From contig CP086569.2 in assembly GCA_009914755.4 (NCBI GenBank), forward strand, positions 62,048,001-62,112,000: DNA of 64,000 nt, given 5' to 3'. The translations under genes and the position numbers were made by a program. The DNA comes from the human T2T-CHM13v2.0 reference genome, Homo sapiens. The notes beneath the pieces are model-generated. The model made no database searches. It was not told the DNA's origin and worked only from the letters and a program-made list of their open reading frames with translations. This document shows positions 42,911 to 57,751 of this stretch, in pieces. How positions within the stretch are numbered: position 1 is the stretch's first letter; the number at the start of each line of letters is the position of its first letter.

Positions 42911-43780
42911 ACTGTGTGAACAAGGAATTCTTTGTCACATCTGTGCTTTGGTCAGTAATAGACCAGCAAGCAATTCATCCAGTCATCGTGGGCGTGGCTC
43001 CAGGAGGACTTCCTGCGTCCATGGAAGGGATCATCCCTGGAGGCATCCCAGTGACTCACAACCTCCCGACAGTGGCACATACTTCCCAAGCGCCCTCTCC
43101 CAACCAGCCCACAATCACGGGGACAATCGAGAGCAACCCAACGAGAAATAGTAGTGAATGCCGGAAGGTAATCATTTTGATACACTTGGGAACAAGGACA
43201 GTGAAAAATAGATGAACTAAGAGAAAAAGAATCTGACGCTCTTTTTAGCTGATTCTGGACATATGCATTATTGATGTTGCAGTGTTAAAACTACAAGCGT
43301 TAGAAAGTTGAAGATGTTGTCTGTTTACGGAAGCTCTGAAAGACTAGGGTGTGATTTATTAACGACCAGCTTCCGTTATTGTGTGTTAAGTTTTTCATCT
43401 GTGCGTCAAATCACAAAGAATAAATAGAACTTTTTCCTTTATCAGTCCCTTGGGCACAGCAGGTCAGGAACACCCTGCTCAGAATGTTGCATCAGGACTT
43501 CAAACATCAAAATAAAAACCATGAGGAGGAAATCCCCATCTTGTCACTTGAGTCCCTTCAGTCTACAGGGACTGGTTACAGCTTTTTGCTAATAGGAAGA
43601 TCACATTATTAGAAAATGTGGAGTAAACTATTTGCCTGTGGTAGACACCTGCACGCATAGGATTGAAGACAGTACCGGCTCCTGTACAGAGAAGCGTCTC
43701 TCACATCTGAACTGCATGCTGAGTGGGCAAGTTGGTTGTAAGTTCAGAAAAAGCCTCCGATAATGCAAAAAAAAAAAAAA
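42911..43780 (+). other. ~870-bp non-repetitive segment bounded by the L1 poly-A (5') and a second A14 run (3'): candidate L1 3' transduction or appended retrocopy
   Basis: Sequence directly after the L1 poly-A (ctgtgtgaacaaggaattctttgtcac...) is unique, partly GC-rich (42930-43170), and ends ...gaaaaagcctccgataatgcaaaaaaaaaaaaaa at 43767-43780. No canonical AATAAA lies within 30 nt of the second A-run. Confidence 0.3.
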
Positions 43781-45329
43781 CAGTATTAAGTTTCACAAGC
43801 TGTTTGTAATCAAAAATATTTTCTCAGTTTCAGATGCTCTGCTATTTTATTGAGTGGAAAGTCTTGCACTAAAAAGACTCAAGAAAAATAATGTTGCTTT
43901 TTCTGTCACAAGAAACACTTTTAGTGGTAACTTGTCAGATTGTCTATGAACAAATCCACTTTTTAAGACACTGATAAAGTCTTCTTTTCTTCACGTTGTA
44001 TTTTATACAAGAACACTTCAGATGTATTGGATGTGACTGATTTTAACAAATCCTATTTGATTTGCATCGATTAGTTACATGTTCTGTTCATAGTCTTTTG
44101 TGAATCATTGCCTTTTTGTTTAAAAAATGGCCTATTTTGATCGTTTGGTTAGGTACCTTCCTGTTTTTGTGACAAAAGAAAAACTTTAAAATTGTCACAA
44201 ACAGAAAAATAATGGCTATCAGAAGTATCCTTTGTTTTAGTGCGAGTTAACGTTACTGTAGTTGTTTATTGTAAAGATGGACATTTAGCATTCAGTGCAG
44301 TTTTCAATAAAATGTAATTAGAAAAAAACTACGTAATTAACAAAAACAGAGCATAGACAACAAAATAATATTAGAAGTGATACATAAAGAAAATGAGATA
44401 TCAATAAAAAGATTTTTAAAAACCAACAAAAACTGTGAATCTGAACAACACAATAACTAGTTGATGATACTGTAGTTATAAATACTGAGTCATGAAAACA
44501 AATTATTTAAACAGAATAGAGAAAAAAATATGGGACGTACTGCACACCATCAAGTAGACCATTGTATTTATAAATGGAGTCTTAGAAAAAAAATACAGCA
44601 GAAAAGTAATAAAGAGATTATTTTTAAAAAGTAGCTGAGAAATCCCCAGATGACAAGGTAATTAAACAAGAAGATATACTGCCAAACAAAAACCTTCAAC
44701 TGGAATAATTTCACTTCAGAAATAAAAAAAAAAAAATAAGCCTTTCCAGAATAAATAAAAGTTGAGTGTGTTACTAACCACTAGATCAGTCGTAAAGGAA
44801 ATGTAAAAGAAAGTCTATCAAGTACAAAAATGAAATGATGCTGCACAGCATCATAACAGCATATGAAAATAGAAAGTGCTATATTAAAGGTAAATATATA
44901 AACAGGTATAGAAATCTCTATTGTCATAATGATGGTGCACAAAATTTTCAAAATATTGCTATGGAGTTTAAAAAATGAAGCATAAATCTGCATAAATGTG
45001 TGTTCATAGTTACTCAATAAGAAAAGATAATATGTGATATTAATAACACAGTGGGGGTATGAAAAGGTACAACTTTGCATTCAGTTGAAATATGGTTGTT
45101 ATATATTATCATAACTGTAAGATGATTTATGAAGTCTTTATTTCTCAAGATGATTACCAAAAATACCTGTAGACCTCTGGTCGTCCTCCCACTGCTACAT
45201 TCCCACTAGCGCCACCACAGTTTACAGATGCCATGGCAATATCAGAAATTTACCCTACATGGTCTTAAAAAAAAAAAGGAGGCATAAATAATCCACCCCT
45301 TGTTTAACATATTATCTAGAAATAACCAT

Positions 45330-45505
45330 AAGAATGGGTAACCAGCAGCCCTCGGGCTGCTCTGTCTATAGAGTAGCCATTCTTTTATTCTTCTACTTTC
45401 TTAATAAACTTGCTATCACTTTACTCTATGGACTCGCCCTGAATTCTTTCTTGCACCAGATCCAATAACCCTCTCTTGGAGTCTAGATCAGGACACCTTT
45501 CCTAT
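45330..45505 (+). repeat. LTR-like fragment (retroviral R/U5-like end motif); family not identified
   Basis: ttcttaataaacttgctatcactttactctatggactcgccctgaattctttcttgcaccagatccaataaccctctcttggagtctagatcaggacacctttcc resembles the AATAAA...CTTGCT...GGGTCTGGATCGGGACCCCTTTCC terminal region of ERV LTRs. This is recognition from memory only. Confidence 0.2.
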
Positions 45506-45696
45506 AACAGAAGGATGGGAAACAACTGGAACCTTCATCAACAGCTGGCAGATTGTAAACTGATACAGCCACTGCAAAATTTTTAGCAGTATCTCCTAAA
45601 ACTGTACACATGCTCTATAAAGCACTTGCACTCCCAGACAGAGATCAAATTAAAGTACACAGGTGTGCACCAAAAGGTAAGGACAAGAAAGTTCAG

Positions 45697-45977
45697 GGCC
45701 GGGAACAGTGGCTCATGCCTGCAATTCCAGCACTTTGGGAGGCCGAGGCAGGCAGATCACCTGAGGTCAGGAGTTCGAGACCAGCCCGACCAACATGGTA
45801 AAACCCCGTCTCTACTAAAAAAAAATTAGCCAGGCGTGGTGGTGGGCACCTGTAATCCCAGCTTCTTGGGAGGCCGAGGCAGGGAGAATTGCTTGAACCC
45901 AGGAGGTGGAGGTTGCAGTGAGCTGAGATTGTGCCATTGCACTCCAGCCTGGGTGACAAGAGCAAGACTCCATCTCC
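45697..45977 (+). mobile_element. Alu (AluS/Y-like), full length
   Basis: ggccgggaacagtggctcatgcctgcaattccagcactttgggaggccgaggcaggcagatcacctgaggtcaggagttcgagaccagcc...gtgccattgcactccagcctgggtgacaagagcaagactccatctc. Confidence 0.95.
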
Positions 45978-45980
45978 AAA

Positions 45981-46035
<55 letters not shown>

Positions 46036-46137
46036 GAAAGAAAAGAAAGAAAAGAAAGAAAGAAAAGAAAGAAAGAAAGAAAGAAAAGAAAGAAAGAAGG
46101 AAAGAAGGAAAGAAGGAAAGAAGGAAAGAAGGAAGGA

Positions 46138-46196
<59 letters not shown>
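45978..46196. repeat. (AAAG)n / (GAAA)n tetranucleotide tract, ~55 units with GGAA and AAAAG variants, expanded from the Alu poly-A tail
   Basis: caaaaagaaagaaagaaagaaag...ggaaagaaggaaagaaggaaag...aaagaaagaaagaaagttag. ORFs 45836-46204 (+) and 45815-46213 (-) (ERKKERKK / FLSFFLSF) are translations of this tract. Confidence 0.95.
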
Positions 46197-46445
46197 TTAG
46201 TTAATAATGGCATTACTCATAATGGACCCAAGCTTGGAAGAACCTGAATGTCAGCCAACAGCAGAACAGATAAACATATTGTGCAATATTAGTAAAGCTG
46301 AATGCACACAACAATAAACAAACCACTGCCATGTGCAACACCATGGATAGAGCTCACAAGCCTAAAGCTGAGAAAAGCAGCCAAAAGAAAAGATCCCATT
46401 TATAAAGCGAATAATAGGAAAACTAATCTATAGTGTAAAAAGTCA

Positions 46446-46793
<348 letters not shown>

Positions 46794-48054
46794 TTAGGTG
46801 TTAACTATGTGAAAATTTTGAGTTGTACGTTCATGATCTCCTTACCTGTATGCCTCTCATACCACAATAAAAAAAATTAAGTACGAGACTAACATAATAG
46901 AGCTTGAAATGTGCAGAAATTGAGGGAGCTCGCCCAAGGAAATCATTACTAAACAGATACTAAAAGATTTCAGACAGGAGGAAAATGATCCCAAGTGGAA
47001 GATCTGGGATATAAGAAGAAATGAAGAGCAGGAAAAAGACAGGTGAATATATGGATAAAACTAAACAAATGTGAAATGTATAAAACAATAGAAGTAATGT
47101 CCCATGAAATATAAAAAGAAAAATGATAAAATATATCAAAACAACTTTGATGGGTCACAAGATAATTATGCTGAATAAAAAAACTCAATCTCAAAATATT
47201 AGACATTGTATGGATTCATTTACATGTGTTCTTGAAATAAAGTTACAGAGATGAAAAACCCATTAGTGGTTGCCAGGGGTCAGGGAGTGAGGAACGTGTT
47301 TGTGACTATAAAATGGGTAGCACAAGGGATCCATCCTTCTGATGGAACTCTTCTATATCTTGACGATGGTGATGGTGATTAGGTATCTAATCTATGTACA
47401 CGATAAAATTTCATAGCACTAAATACACAAAAAAACCTAAAAGTGCACATAAAACTGGTGAAATCTGAACAAGGTAGTTATGCAAGACGTTACCATTGGG
47501 AGAAACTGAGTGAAGACTATATTGGATTTCTTTATATTATTTCTTAAAAGCACCTGTGAATCTGCAATTATGTCAAAACAAAAAGTTGAAAATATACTGT
47601 TGTAGCATAACTCAAGAGGAGTTTAATGCAATGAAAGTATTCTTAAGTTATCCTATCACCCAGGAGGAGGATAAATTTTCAACTTTCATAACTTAAATAT
47701 GCACATTTAAATTAGCATGACAGTTACTAAAAGAATATAAACAAAGACTAACTTAAAATGACTAGAGAAGAAAAAAATCCCACCAATTGAAAAGAAGGCA
47801 AGAAAGGAAAAAAGAAACATAAGTAGGATAAATAGAAAGTGACAAAATGACACAAACACACATGCATGTACATACACACCACTCACCATCTATACAGAAT
47901 CCAAGTATGTCAGAATACAAATACATGCAAATGGACTAAGTAATCCAATTAAAGATGGATAAATTGTTAAAATCCCATTCCATGCTATTTATAAGTCATA
48001 TTTAAAATACAAAGATATAGAATGATTTTAAAAGGTATTAAAATATGTATCAGA

Positions 48055-48334
48055 GGAGCTGGACTTGGCGGCACATGCCTGTAATCCCAGTGACTCAGGA
48101 AGCAGAGGTGAGAGGATCACTTGAGACCAAGAGCTCAAGACCAGCCTGGGCAATATAGCCAAATTCTATCTCTAAAGAAATAAAAACAATTATTTGGCAG
48201 TGGTGGCACACATCACTCTAAAGACTGAGGTAGGAGGATCATTTGAGCCCAGGAGTTTAAGGCAGCAGAGAGCCACAGTCACGCCTGTGAACAGCCCCTG
48301 CACTATAGCCTTGGCAGCACAGTGGAAAAAAAAA
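48055..48334 (+). mobile_element. Alu (older, AluJ-like)
   Basis: ggagctggacttggcggcacatgcctgtaatcccagtgactcaggaagcagaggtgagaggatcacttgagaccaagagctcaagaccagcctgggcaatatagccaaa...gagccacagtcacgcctgtgaacagcccctgcactatagccttggcagcacagtggaaaaaaaaa. Confidence 0.85.
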
Positions 48335-48358
48335 TACACACACACACACACACACACG
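48335..48358. repeat. (AC)n microsatellite
   Basis: tacacacacacacacacacacacg, immediately 3' of the Alu tail. Confidence 0.9.
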
Positions 48359-48940
48359 TGAAAGATACACAGTGCAAAGTTTAACCAAAGTTACCATAGC
48401 TATATCATACATAATGTTGAAAGCATACATAAATGAAGGAAAACATTTCATTTTGATAAAAGTTCAAATTAAAAAAAAGATGTATATTTTTTGAATCATA
48501 TGCACCCAAGTACAGCCTCAAAAAGCAAAAGTTGACAGATGAGGAGACAGACAAATCCATGCTTCTAGTAGGATATTTAATATATCTCTCAGTAAATAAA
48601 GTATAAAAATAATTAGGGAGGATGAAGATTTAAAATTATGAAAAAATAGACTAAATGCACACATACAGAACATGAGATTTAACTGCAGAAATAGACTTCC
48701 CTTCAAGAAACTGTGGACACGTTCAAAAATTAACCATATAGACGAGTGTTAAAACAAGTAAAAAATTTCAAAGAAAGTGGAGAGATCATAATTTCTGGTA
48801 ACAATTTTAGAAACTTTCTAAAAGTATACTTTTAAATAGCCCATAGCTTGAAGATAAAATAAGGCAAATTCATCATCAATTCTACATATTTAAAACTGTA
48901 GGATATAATTAAATCCATTCATAAGGGGAAAATGATAGTC

Positions 48941-49155
48941 TTTTTTTTTTTTTTTTTTGAGATGGGGTCTCACTCTGTCACCCCGGCTAGAGTGCAGTAG
49001 CACAATCTTGGCTTACTACCCTCCACCTCCTGGGCTCAAGTGAGCCTCCCACCTCAGCCTCCTGAGTAGCTGGGACCACAGGCTCACACCACTACACCTG
49101 GCTAATTTTTTGTGTGTTTGGTAGAGATAAAGTTTCACCATGTTGTCCAGGCTGG
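48941..49155 (-). mobile_element. Alu (antisense), lacking the Alu 5' end
   Basis: ttttttttttttttttttgagatggggtctcactctgtcaccccggctagagtgcagtagcacaatcttggcttactaccctccacctcctgggctcaagtgagcctcccacctcagcctcctgagtagctgggaccacaggctcacaccactacacctggctaattttttgtgtgtttggtagagataaagtttcaccatgttgtccaggctgg. Confidence 0.9.
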
Positions 49156-49215
49156 GGAAATTTATAGTCTTAAATGAGAACATTAGAAAAGGAACTTGGG
49201 AAAAACATCAACAGA

Positions 49216-49467
49216 CCGGGCACAGTGGCTCAAGCATGTAATCCCAGCACTTTGGGAGGCCGAGGCAGGTGGATCATGAGGTCAAGTGATCGAGACAATC
49301 CTGCCCAACATGGTAAAACCCCATCTCTACTAAAAATACAAAAATTAGCTGGGTGTGGTGGCACACACCTGTAGTCCCAGCTACTCGGGAGGCTGAGGCA
49401 GGAGAATTGCTTGAGCCGAGATTGTGCCACTGCACTCCAGCCTGGTGAAAGAGTGAGACTACGTCTC

Positions 49468-49495
<28 letters not shown>
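49216..49495 (+). mobile_element. Alu (AluS/Y-like) with ~40-nt poly-A
   Basis: ccgggcacagtggctcaagcatgtaatcccagcactttgggaggccgaggcaggtggatcatgaggtcaagtgatcgagac...gagattgtgccactgcactccagcctggtgaaagagtgagactacgtctcaaaaaaaa... Confidence 0.95.
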
Positions 49496-49500
<5 letters not shown>

Positions 49501-49629
49501 GCATCAGTCAACAAATCAGACAAAGAACAAGTTAAATTCAAAGAAAGAAAAAGGAAAAACATAACAAACAAATGAAATACAAAAGAAACACACAATAGAA
49601 TCAGCCAAGCTAAAACTTGTGGTTCTTTT

Positions 49630-49782
49630 GGTTTTCAGATAGGGTCTCATTCTGTTGCCCAGGCTGGAGTGTAGTGGCTTAATCACAGCTTAGTACAGCC
49701 TCCCCCTTACAGGCTCAAGCGATCTTCCCACCTTTTCCTCTCAAAGTGCTGGGATTACAGGTATGAGCCACCATGCCCTGCT
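49630..49782 (-). mobile_element. Alu partial (old, antisense, internally shortened)
   Basis: ttttcagatagggtctcattctgttgcccaggctggagtgtagtggcttaatcacagcttagtacagcctcccccttacaggctcaagcgatcttcccaccttttcctctcaaagtgctgggattacaggtatgagccaccatgccctg. Confidence 0.75.
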
Positions 49783-49914
49783 AAAATCTGGTTCTTTAAA
49801 AATACATTATAAAATTCACAGACCTTTAGCAAGATTTGTCAAGAAAAAGCAGTCAAACAACAATCTTGCACAGGAGGACTGTACTACAGATAGAAAGACT
49901 CTGAAAGGAAGTCA

Positions 49915-50217
<303 letters not shown>

Positions 50218-50268
50218 TCATAATGTAAAATTATGAATACCTTTATGCCAACAGACTTTAAAGCATAG

Positions 50269-50571
<303 letters not shown>

Positions 50572-50932
50572 TGAGATATGAATTTCTAGGGAAAAAAATC
50601 AAAATTCACTCCAAAAGTAGAAAAAAAACTTACATAGATTAAATATATTGAATCAGTCATGAAAATCTTCCCATAAAGAAATTTGTAGGCCCAAGTGCCT
50701 TCACCAAAAAGTTCCATGAAACATACAAGAGAAACAAACCAACCAAACAAACAAAAAAAAACTCTTCCACTAACACAAACAGAGAATACAGAAAGAAGAC
50801 TCCCCAGTTCATTTTACAAGGTTAAAATAAAAATAACCTTGATATCAAAACCCAATAAGGCAAGGGCAAGAAAAAATATTTGCAGGCCATCATTATTCAA
50901 CGTGGATCAGAAATTATTTTTAAGATGTACTA

Positions 50933-51222
50933 GCCAGGTGTGGTGGTCATACCTATAATCCTAGTAGTTTGGGAGGCCCGAGTGAGAGGATGGCCTGAGC
51001 TCAGGAGTTTGAGACCAGCCTGGGCAACAAGGCAAAATCCCGTCTTTATAAAAAATACAAAAATTAGCTGGGCATGGCAGCACACCTATAGACCCAGCTA
51101 TTCGGGAGGCTGAGGTGGGAGGATCACTTGAGCCTAGCAGGTTGAGAATGCAGTGATCCCTGATCATGCCACTGTGCTCCAGCCTGGGCAACAGAGTGAG
51201 ACCCTGTCTCAAAACAACAACA
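50933..51222 (+). mobile_element. Alu, with candidate target-site duplication aagatRtact
   Basis: gccaggtgtggtggtcatacctataatcctagtagtttgggaggcccgagtgagaggatggcctgagctcaggagtttgagaccagcctgggcaacaaggcaaaatcccgtctttataaaaaatacaaaaattagctgggcatggcagcacacctatagacccagctattcgggaggctgaggtgggaggatcacttgagcc...gtgctccagcctgggcaacagagtgagaccctgtctcaaaacaacaacag. The flanks are ...tttaagatgtact|Alu|...gaaagatatactgacc. Confidence 0.9.
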
Positions 51223-51869
51223 GAAAGATATACTGACCACCTGTGATGCTGGCCAGGATGGCGTATGCATGCTATGGCCTGTCATTTCCACTGATCACAA
51301 TTTGAAACTCTGGACAAAATATAAATAGCAATGACCTAAGAACTCTGAAAAGTAACCAGCAGACAGGTTGGGAAACGTCAAAACCTGAAGAATTATCTGG
51401 ATGGCGGTGGTGAGAGATCATATTCTGAGTCATAAAACAAACCCTGAAGTTAAACAATTAAAATTCAGTGAATTATTTTCTCTGATGACAGAATTAAACT
51501 AGGAATCTAGAACATTTCTAGAACATTCCCAAATATGAGAAGTTAAATGGTGTACTTCTAAATGGCCCATAGGTCAAAGAGAGTATCTTAAGACAAATTG
51601 GAAAACAGTTTGAACTTAATAAATATGACATCATCTTATCAAAATATGTGCTTACAGGGCAATTTATAGCACTAAATTATGAGAAATGAAGCATCAAATC
51701 AATAATGTAAGCATTTACTTTAAGTAAAAAAAGAACCAAATAAACTCAAATCAGGCATAAGAAAAACAGACTAAATCAGTAATATTTAAACAAAAACAGT
51801 AAAGGAAAAAAATTCAACGAAATCCAAAGTTGGTTCTTTGCAGGGGTGGTGGGAGGTGGAAATCAATCA

Positions 51870-52560
51870 AATGAGGAAGCCTCTAGCAGACTGACAAAGG
51901 AAGAAGAGAAAACACAAATTGCCAATACCAGAAATGAAAGGAATATTATTACAAATCCTGTAGACACTAGAAGGCTATAATGGATACTACAAAAACAAAA
52001 CAAACAACTATATGCTTCTAAATTCTACAAATTAGGTGAAATAGATCAATTCCTTGAAAGACAGACTACCAAAACTCAAGAAGAAACAGACAGCTTGAAT
52101 ACCCCTGTATTTATTAAAGAAACAGAAGTGGCACAGCACTTTGGAAGACAATTTGGCAGGTTCTGATAAAGTCAAACGTACACGGACCATGTGACTCGGC
52201 AATCCTACCCTTAGGCATTTGCACAAGTGAAATGAAAACCTATGCTCAGACAAAAAGCACTTTGTGAATTCCAATCCACTTATAATTTACCAAAAAGTGA
52301 AAATAGTCCATATTCCTCCAATGACAAACCAATAAGCAAACCATGTAGTATTTATACAATGGATTACTATTTGGCAATAAAAAGGAATAACTGTTGATGC
52401 AGTACATGAAAGTAGCCAGACTCAAAAGGCTACATCCTGAACGATTCCATTTGTATAAAATTCTGAAAAAAAAGCAATGCTAGAGGAACACAGATCAGTG
52501 ATTGCCAGAAGTTTACAATGGAAGGTTTTACTATAAAGGGCAAGGTAATTTTTGGAGTGA
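51870..52560 (+). mobile_element. Ancient L1 (L1M-like) ORF2 and 3'-end fragments
   Basis: The plus frame of ...ctatatgcttctaaattctacaaattaggtgaaatagatcaattccttgaaagacagactaccaaaactcaagaagaaacagacagcttgaatacccctgtatttattaaagaa reads KFYKLGEIDQFLERQTTKTQEETDSLNTPVFIKE, corresponding to the L1 ORF2 N-terminal segment (L1[36 protein letters not shown]..). Downstream, ...atggattactatttggcaataaaaaggaataactgttgatgcagtacatgaaagtagccagactcaaaaggctacatcctgaacgattccatttgtataaaattctg... resembles old L1 3' ends (MEYYSAIKRNE..). Exact limits are uncertain. Similar diverged L1-like sequence may continue to ~52980. Confidence 0.5.
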
Positions 52561-54225
52561 TCATATAATTTTGTAATCTACCAAAAACAAACATAATAAA
52601 TGGGCAGATAAGTAAAGTTCACGGATTGGAAAGTTCAATATTGCAAAGGTCTCCCAAAAATGACCTATCAATTTAATCCCAGTGGAAATTCCAATCAGTT
52701 TTGTGAAGGCTGCTAAGTCAACTCTAAAATGGCCAAGAATAGACAAGATCACCGGAGAGGAAACAGGGAGGTGGACACAAATATCTTCTGATTGATGAGT
52801 GAAATCATTAGAAGGCCAGCAAAAATACAAGTAAGCCAGAATTTCTAAAGCACCACAAAAGAACACTAGTTAGTAGTGCATCTAGGTATCTCTCAAATTT
52901 GTTGTAAACATAGGCCTTTAAAAAAACATTAGAAACTGATATTTAAAGAGATATAAACTCATATTAAGCTTTTAAAAAATTCTAAGCAAGGGCCTCACCT
53001 AATTTCATAAAAGGTTGCATAGAAGCAACCATTGCTGCAAACGATGTGCTGCCCTGAGATGTGAGGATCCCAGTGGTCCCTCTGGGTCAACAGCAGCTAC
53101 CGCGGCTGAGCCCAAACTCTGACACATTATCTATCTACAATCATTATTTTTAACAATTTATATCAATGCTACCCATAAGGCACAGAGAAGCAGAAATGTT
53201 TATGTGGCCTCCTGCCAAAAACAATCACTTGCACTTATTTCTAGGACTACTCCAGAAGACAGTATTAGAAGTTTTTCAATTTAGAAAAACATTTACAGCA
53301 AAGAAAAAAATCTCTGTAAATTTCCTGCTTAACCAATCTAGTGAATTGTGATGAGCCATATAAATTCATTTAGCCACCTTATGAAAGACTTAATCCAAAG
53401 TCACTTCTAACTTCTAGAAGAGCTAATGCATTATAATAACAGTTGTGAAAGACTCAAAGGCCAGAAATGTCAAGGTGTGGTCTATATCTTAAATCCAGAA
53501 AAAAAACAAAAAGCAAGATGTACAGGCCAAATGATTGCCAATTTCTTCTGCCTATGTCATCTTTCTTCACTATAACCTGAAATTACATTTCATGTTTGAC
53601 AATTCTCAGCAAGGAGACAAAACAAGCTTATGAGTAAAATAATAGAAAGCAGAGCCACAGAGAGTACGAGAGGCAGGAGTCATCTCCCAAGTCCAAGTTC
53701 AACTTCTATATTATTAGACAGGGCCTCAGTGTCTTTGAACTGTAAGGAATTAATATTGATTGTAGCATGAGTAAAACCTATCTTCTACTCATCATGAAAA
53801 GTCACAGTCGTTTTGTTTAAAGACTCCAGAATTATTATGGGCAGAAACAAGAAGGTTACACACTTATTTGGTGAAATGAGGAATCAGGAATGAGCATTCC
53901 CAAGAGAATACAATTACAAAAGTAAAATATCCTAGAGTTTTTGGGCTGCTTAAAAAACCCAGAAAGAAGTGCCAAATGAGAAAATAATCAAATTCAGTGG
54001 AAAAACTCACTTGAAGGTATCATGGTCAGCTGGGTTTCCACCCCTTTGTTGCACTTCAAATCCTGTGTCTTCCACAAAGACTTGCTCCTTTCTAAAGGCT
54101 ATGGTTCACGTTCAACAGAATAGCAGCAACCACCATGAGCCTGAGGGCTGGCTAGTCTTTAGTATTCTGCCTTATTCAAAGAAACGATCATTTCCCTCAT
54201 TCCTAAAGAACTCCCATGTCCATTA

Positions 54226-54585
<360 letters not shown>

Positions 54586-55084
54586 CTAAACACTTCCCCA
54601 GGCCAGTGCATTAGCAGTTAGCTCCTTACTGAATATTATCTGCAGCAAACAGTAGCTGACTCCTAGCTCTCTTCAGTGAACTTGAATTGAAATTTATAGA
54701 ATTCTCATGACTTCTATTTCATCTTGAAACCCAGAGACTCCTTCCCTTTCCTAGTGATTTACCTTTCAATTATAGGCAGACTGAACCAGTCCCAGCTGTC
54801 TTTAGTTGGTCTCTATTCAAACACTGTACTTTTGTTTCTTGATTACATCTTCAATTATTTTAGTTATTTCTGAGATTCTCCCCTGTAATTTCTCCAACTA
54901 TCTAGGGCATAAAGAGTGCATGAATAACATTATGAAGGCTGTGAGACTTCAAATAAATGAGTAGCCTTTCTGAGCCTCAGTTTTCTCCTCTGTAAACCAG
55001 GAATAATTTTTACTGAACAAAGTTGTTCTAAGGATTAGTGAAATGTATGTGCAGCCTTTAGCTTAATAGGTGATCAAATGGTAA

Positions 55085-55307
<223 letters not shown>

Positions 55308-55482
55308 TTTTAACCAGTCTTAAGTGTGCAGTTATTGGCATTAAGTGCATTCATGTTGTTGTACAACCATCACCACCATCCATCTCCAGAACATTTTCAT
55401 CATCCCGAGTGAAACTCTGTACCCAGTAAGCAATAAGCCCTCATGCCTCTCTACCCCAGCCTCTGGCAACCACCAAACTACC

Positions 55483-55775
55483 TTTTTTTTTTTCTTTTTT
55501 CTGACAGGGTCTCTCTGTCGCCCAGGTTGGAGTACAGTGGCATGATCATAGTTCACTGAAAGCTTGAACTCCCAGATTCGAGTGATCCAACCCACCTCAG
55601 CCTCCCCAGTAGTTGGGACTACAGGTATGTTCCACCACACCTGACTTTTCTTTTTAAAGTAGAGATGAGGTCTCCCTATGTTGTCTAGCCTGGTCTTGAA
55701 CTCTTGGGCTGAAGTGATCCTCCTGCCTTATCCTTCCAAGATGTTGGGATTACAGGAATGAGCCACTGAGCCTGA
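55483..55775 (-). mobile_element. Alu (antisense, older subfamily)
   Basis: tttttttttttcttttttctgacagggtctctctgtcgcccaggttggagtacagtggcatgatcatagttcactgaaagcttgaactcccagattcgagtgatccaacccacctcagcctccccagtagttgggactacaggtatgttccaccacacctgacttttctttttaaagtagagatgaggtctccctatgttgtctagcctggtcttgaactcttgggctgaagtgatcctcctgccttatccttccaagatgttgggattacaggaatgagccactgagcctgac. Confidence 0.9.
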
Positions 55776-57250
55776 CTATCCTACTTTGTTTCTATGAATT
55801 TTACTGATCTAGATATCTCATATAAGTGGAATCATATATAAGGGAGGAAAAATATTTTTCCTCCACCCTTCTAATTTCTTGGCTGGGGATCTTTTAACAA
55901 AAGACAGATTAACAAGAGAAAAGCATACACATTTACTTAACATAAGTTTTATATGACACAGAAAAAATTGACTTTTCTGGAAGTAACTTGATATAACTAG
56001 GAGCCTTTGTAAGGAAATAAAGACCTGAAGAAACAGTTAAACATATGTCTTTGTATATTAGGTTTGTCAAAAGACTAAATTACAACAAATTAGGTTTTAT
56101 ATTATCAGAGGACTACAACAAATTTATAGATTTAATTGGCTTTTATTCATGATTCATGAATCTGGGCACCTTCCACTCTACAAAACAGAATGAGAGTTCC
56201 CACTGGGCAATAGCAGAACCACAGGTTTTATGAGGTAGCAACAAGGAAACAGAATAGAAAAACCTGATTGGTTAACATCAAGCTACTTCAGTTACTTTTT
56301 TTAATGGTTAAAGCAGAGGGCACTTCCTTCTTCCACTGATTTAAGTAGACTGGAATCTCATGTTTTCAGGAAAAACTGGTCTGTTTGGGGATCTGCTTCC
56401 TTAAAGTTTCAGTTTGATGACACAGCATTTAGCATAAGTAATTCCATTTTGGTTTGGTCTGATCTGTTGAAGGCTAGTGCAGGGGCTCAGCCCAAAAGAA
56501 TGACCTCCCATAATTTTTAACAGTTTGATAAAGAGTGGAGAGAAGCAGAAAATTGCGAGAGGACAAAAAGGGTTAGGAGCTAAGTGTAGTAAACTGGGAG
56601 GAACAGCAGGAACTATCATTCAGATTCCTCTCAGCGTTATCTTAAGAGACAAAGATGCTCCTTCCTCCAGGGACAGGGACGGCACCTCTCACCCAAGGGC
56701 CTTGTGACCTGCATCAGAGAAGAGGGTGAGAAGGTCAGAGTGTCCTTCCTATCATTTCTGAGTTTCCTTCAGCTTCAAACATTCAATATGCTAAGGTGGC
56801 TATTTTGGAGATTATCAAGAAGCTGATCACATAAAATACTTGTTCTTTGGTGACTGGTTTATTTCATGTGGCATAATGTCTTCCATGTTCATCCATGGTG
56901 TAGCATGTGTCAGAATTGCCTTTCTCTGTAAGCCTGAATAGTATTCTACTGCATATAGTGTATATATACCATATTTTTTTATTCATTTGCAGATAGACTC
57001 TTGGCTTGCTTCCACCTTTTGGCTATTATGGATAATGCAATGGTATATTTTAACTACAGATCTTTTTACACCAAATAGACATAAACAATCAAAAGAATTT
57101 ATCCTAGGCCCACAGAGAAGGCAGATGGGGTCCTTGATCAATTACAGGGGTTCTCTTTTTAAAATGACTTCTTCATAAACCTATGTGAGGGGAATACTGA
57201 CAGTACCTACTTTTTATAGATGGAAATTCTATTTAAGAGCTCTCATGTCT

Positions 57251-57541
<291 letters not shown>

Positions 57542-57751
57542 TTCTCATTACTTTCTCATATTACACAGAGGAGCTAAATATGACAATTAACTGAAGAAAG
57601 ACAAACTGCTAATCTCAAGCAGTTATTACAAACTGTCAAGTTAATATAGACAGCAATCTGCAGTTTAAAAATGCCAATCACTACAAATCACAGGGAAAAC
57701 ATCTGTGCTTCAGTGGAAACACTACATTGTTTAGATCACACTCCTTCAGAC

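Noticed and set aside
42916-43215. 99-aa ORF MNKEFFVTSVLWSVIDQQAIHPVIVGVAPGGLP... in a GC-richer patch, with a donor-like aaggtaatc at its end
   Set aside because: No recognisable protein family. It is a single isolated ORF immediately after an L1 poly-A. It is more parsimoniously part of a transduced or retroposed non-coding fragment. It is kept only as part of the 3'-transduction finding.
45836-46213. ORFs encoding KERKKERKKE... (plus) and FLSFFLSF... (minus)
   Set aside because: These are direct translation of the (AAAG)n/(CTTT)n microsatellite at 45978-46196.
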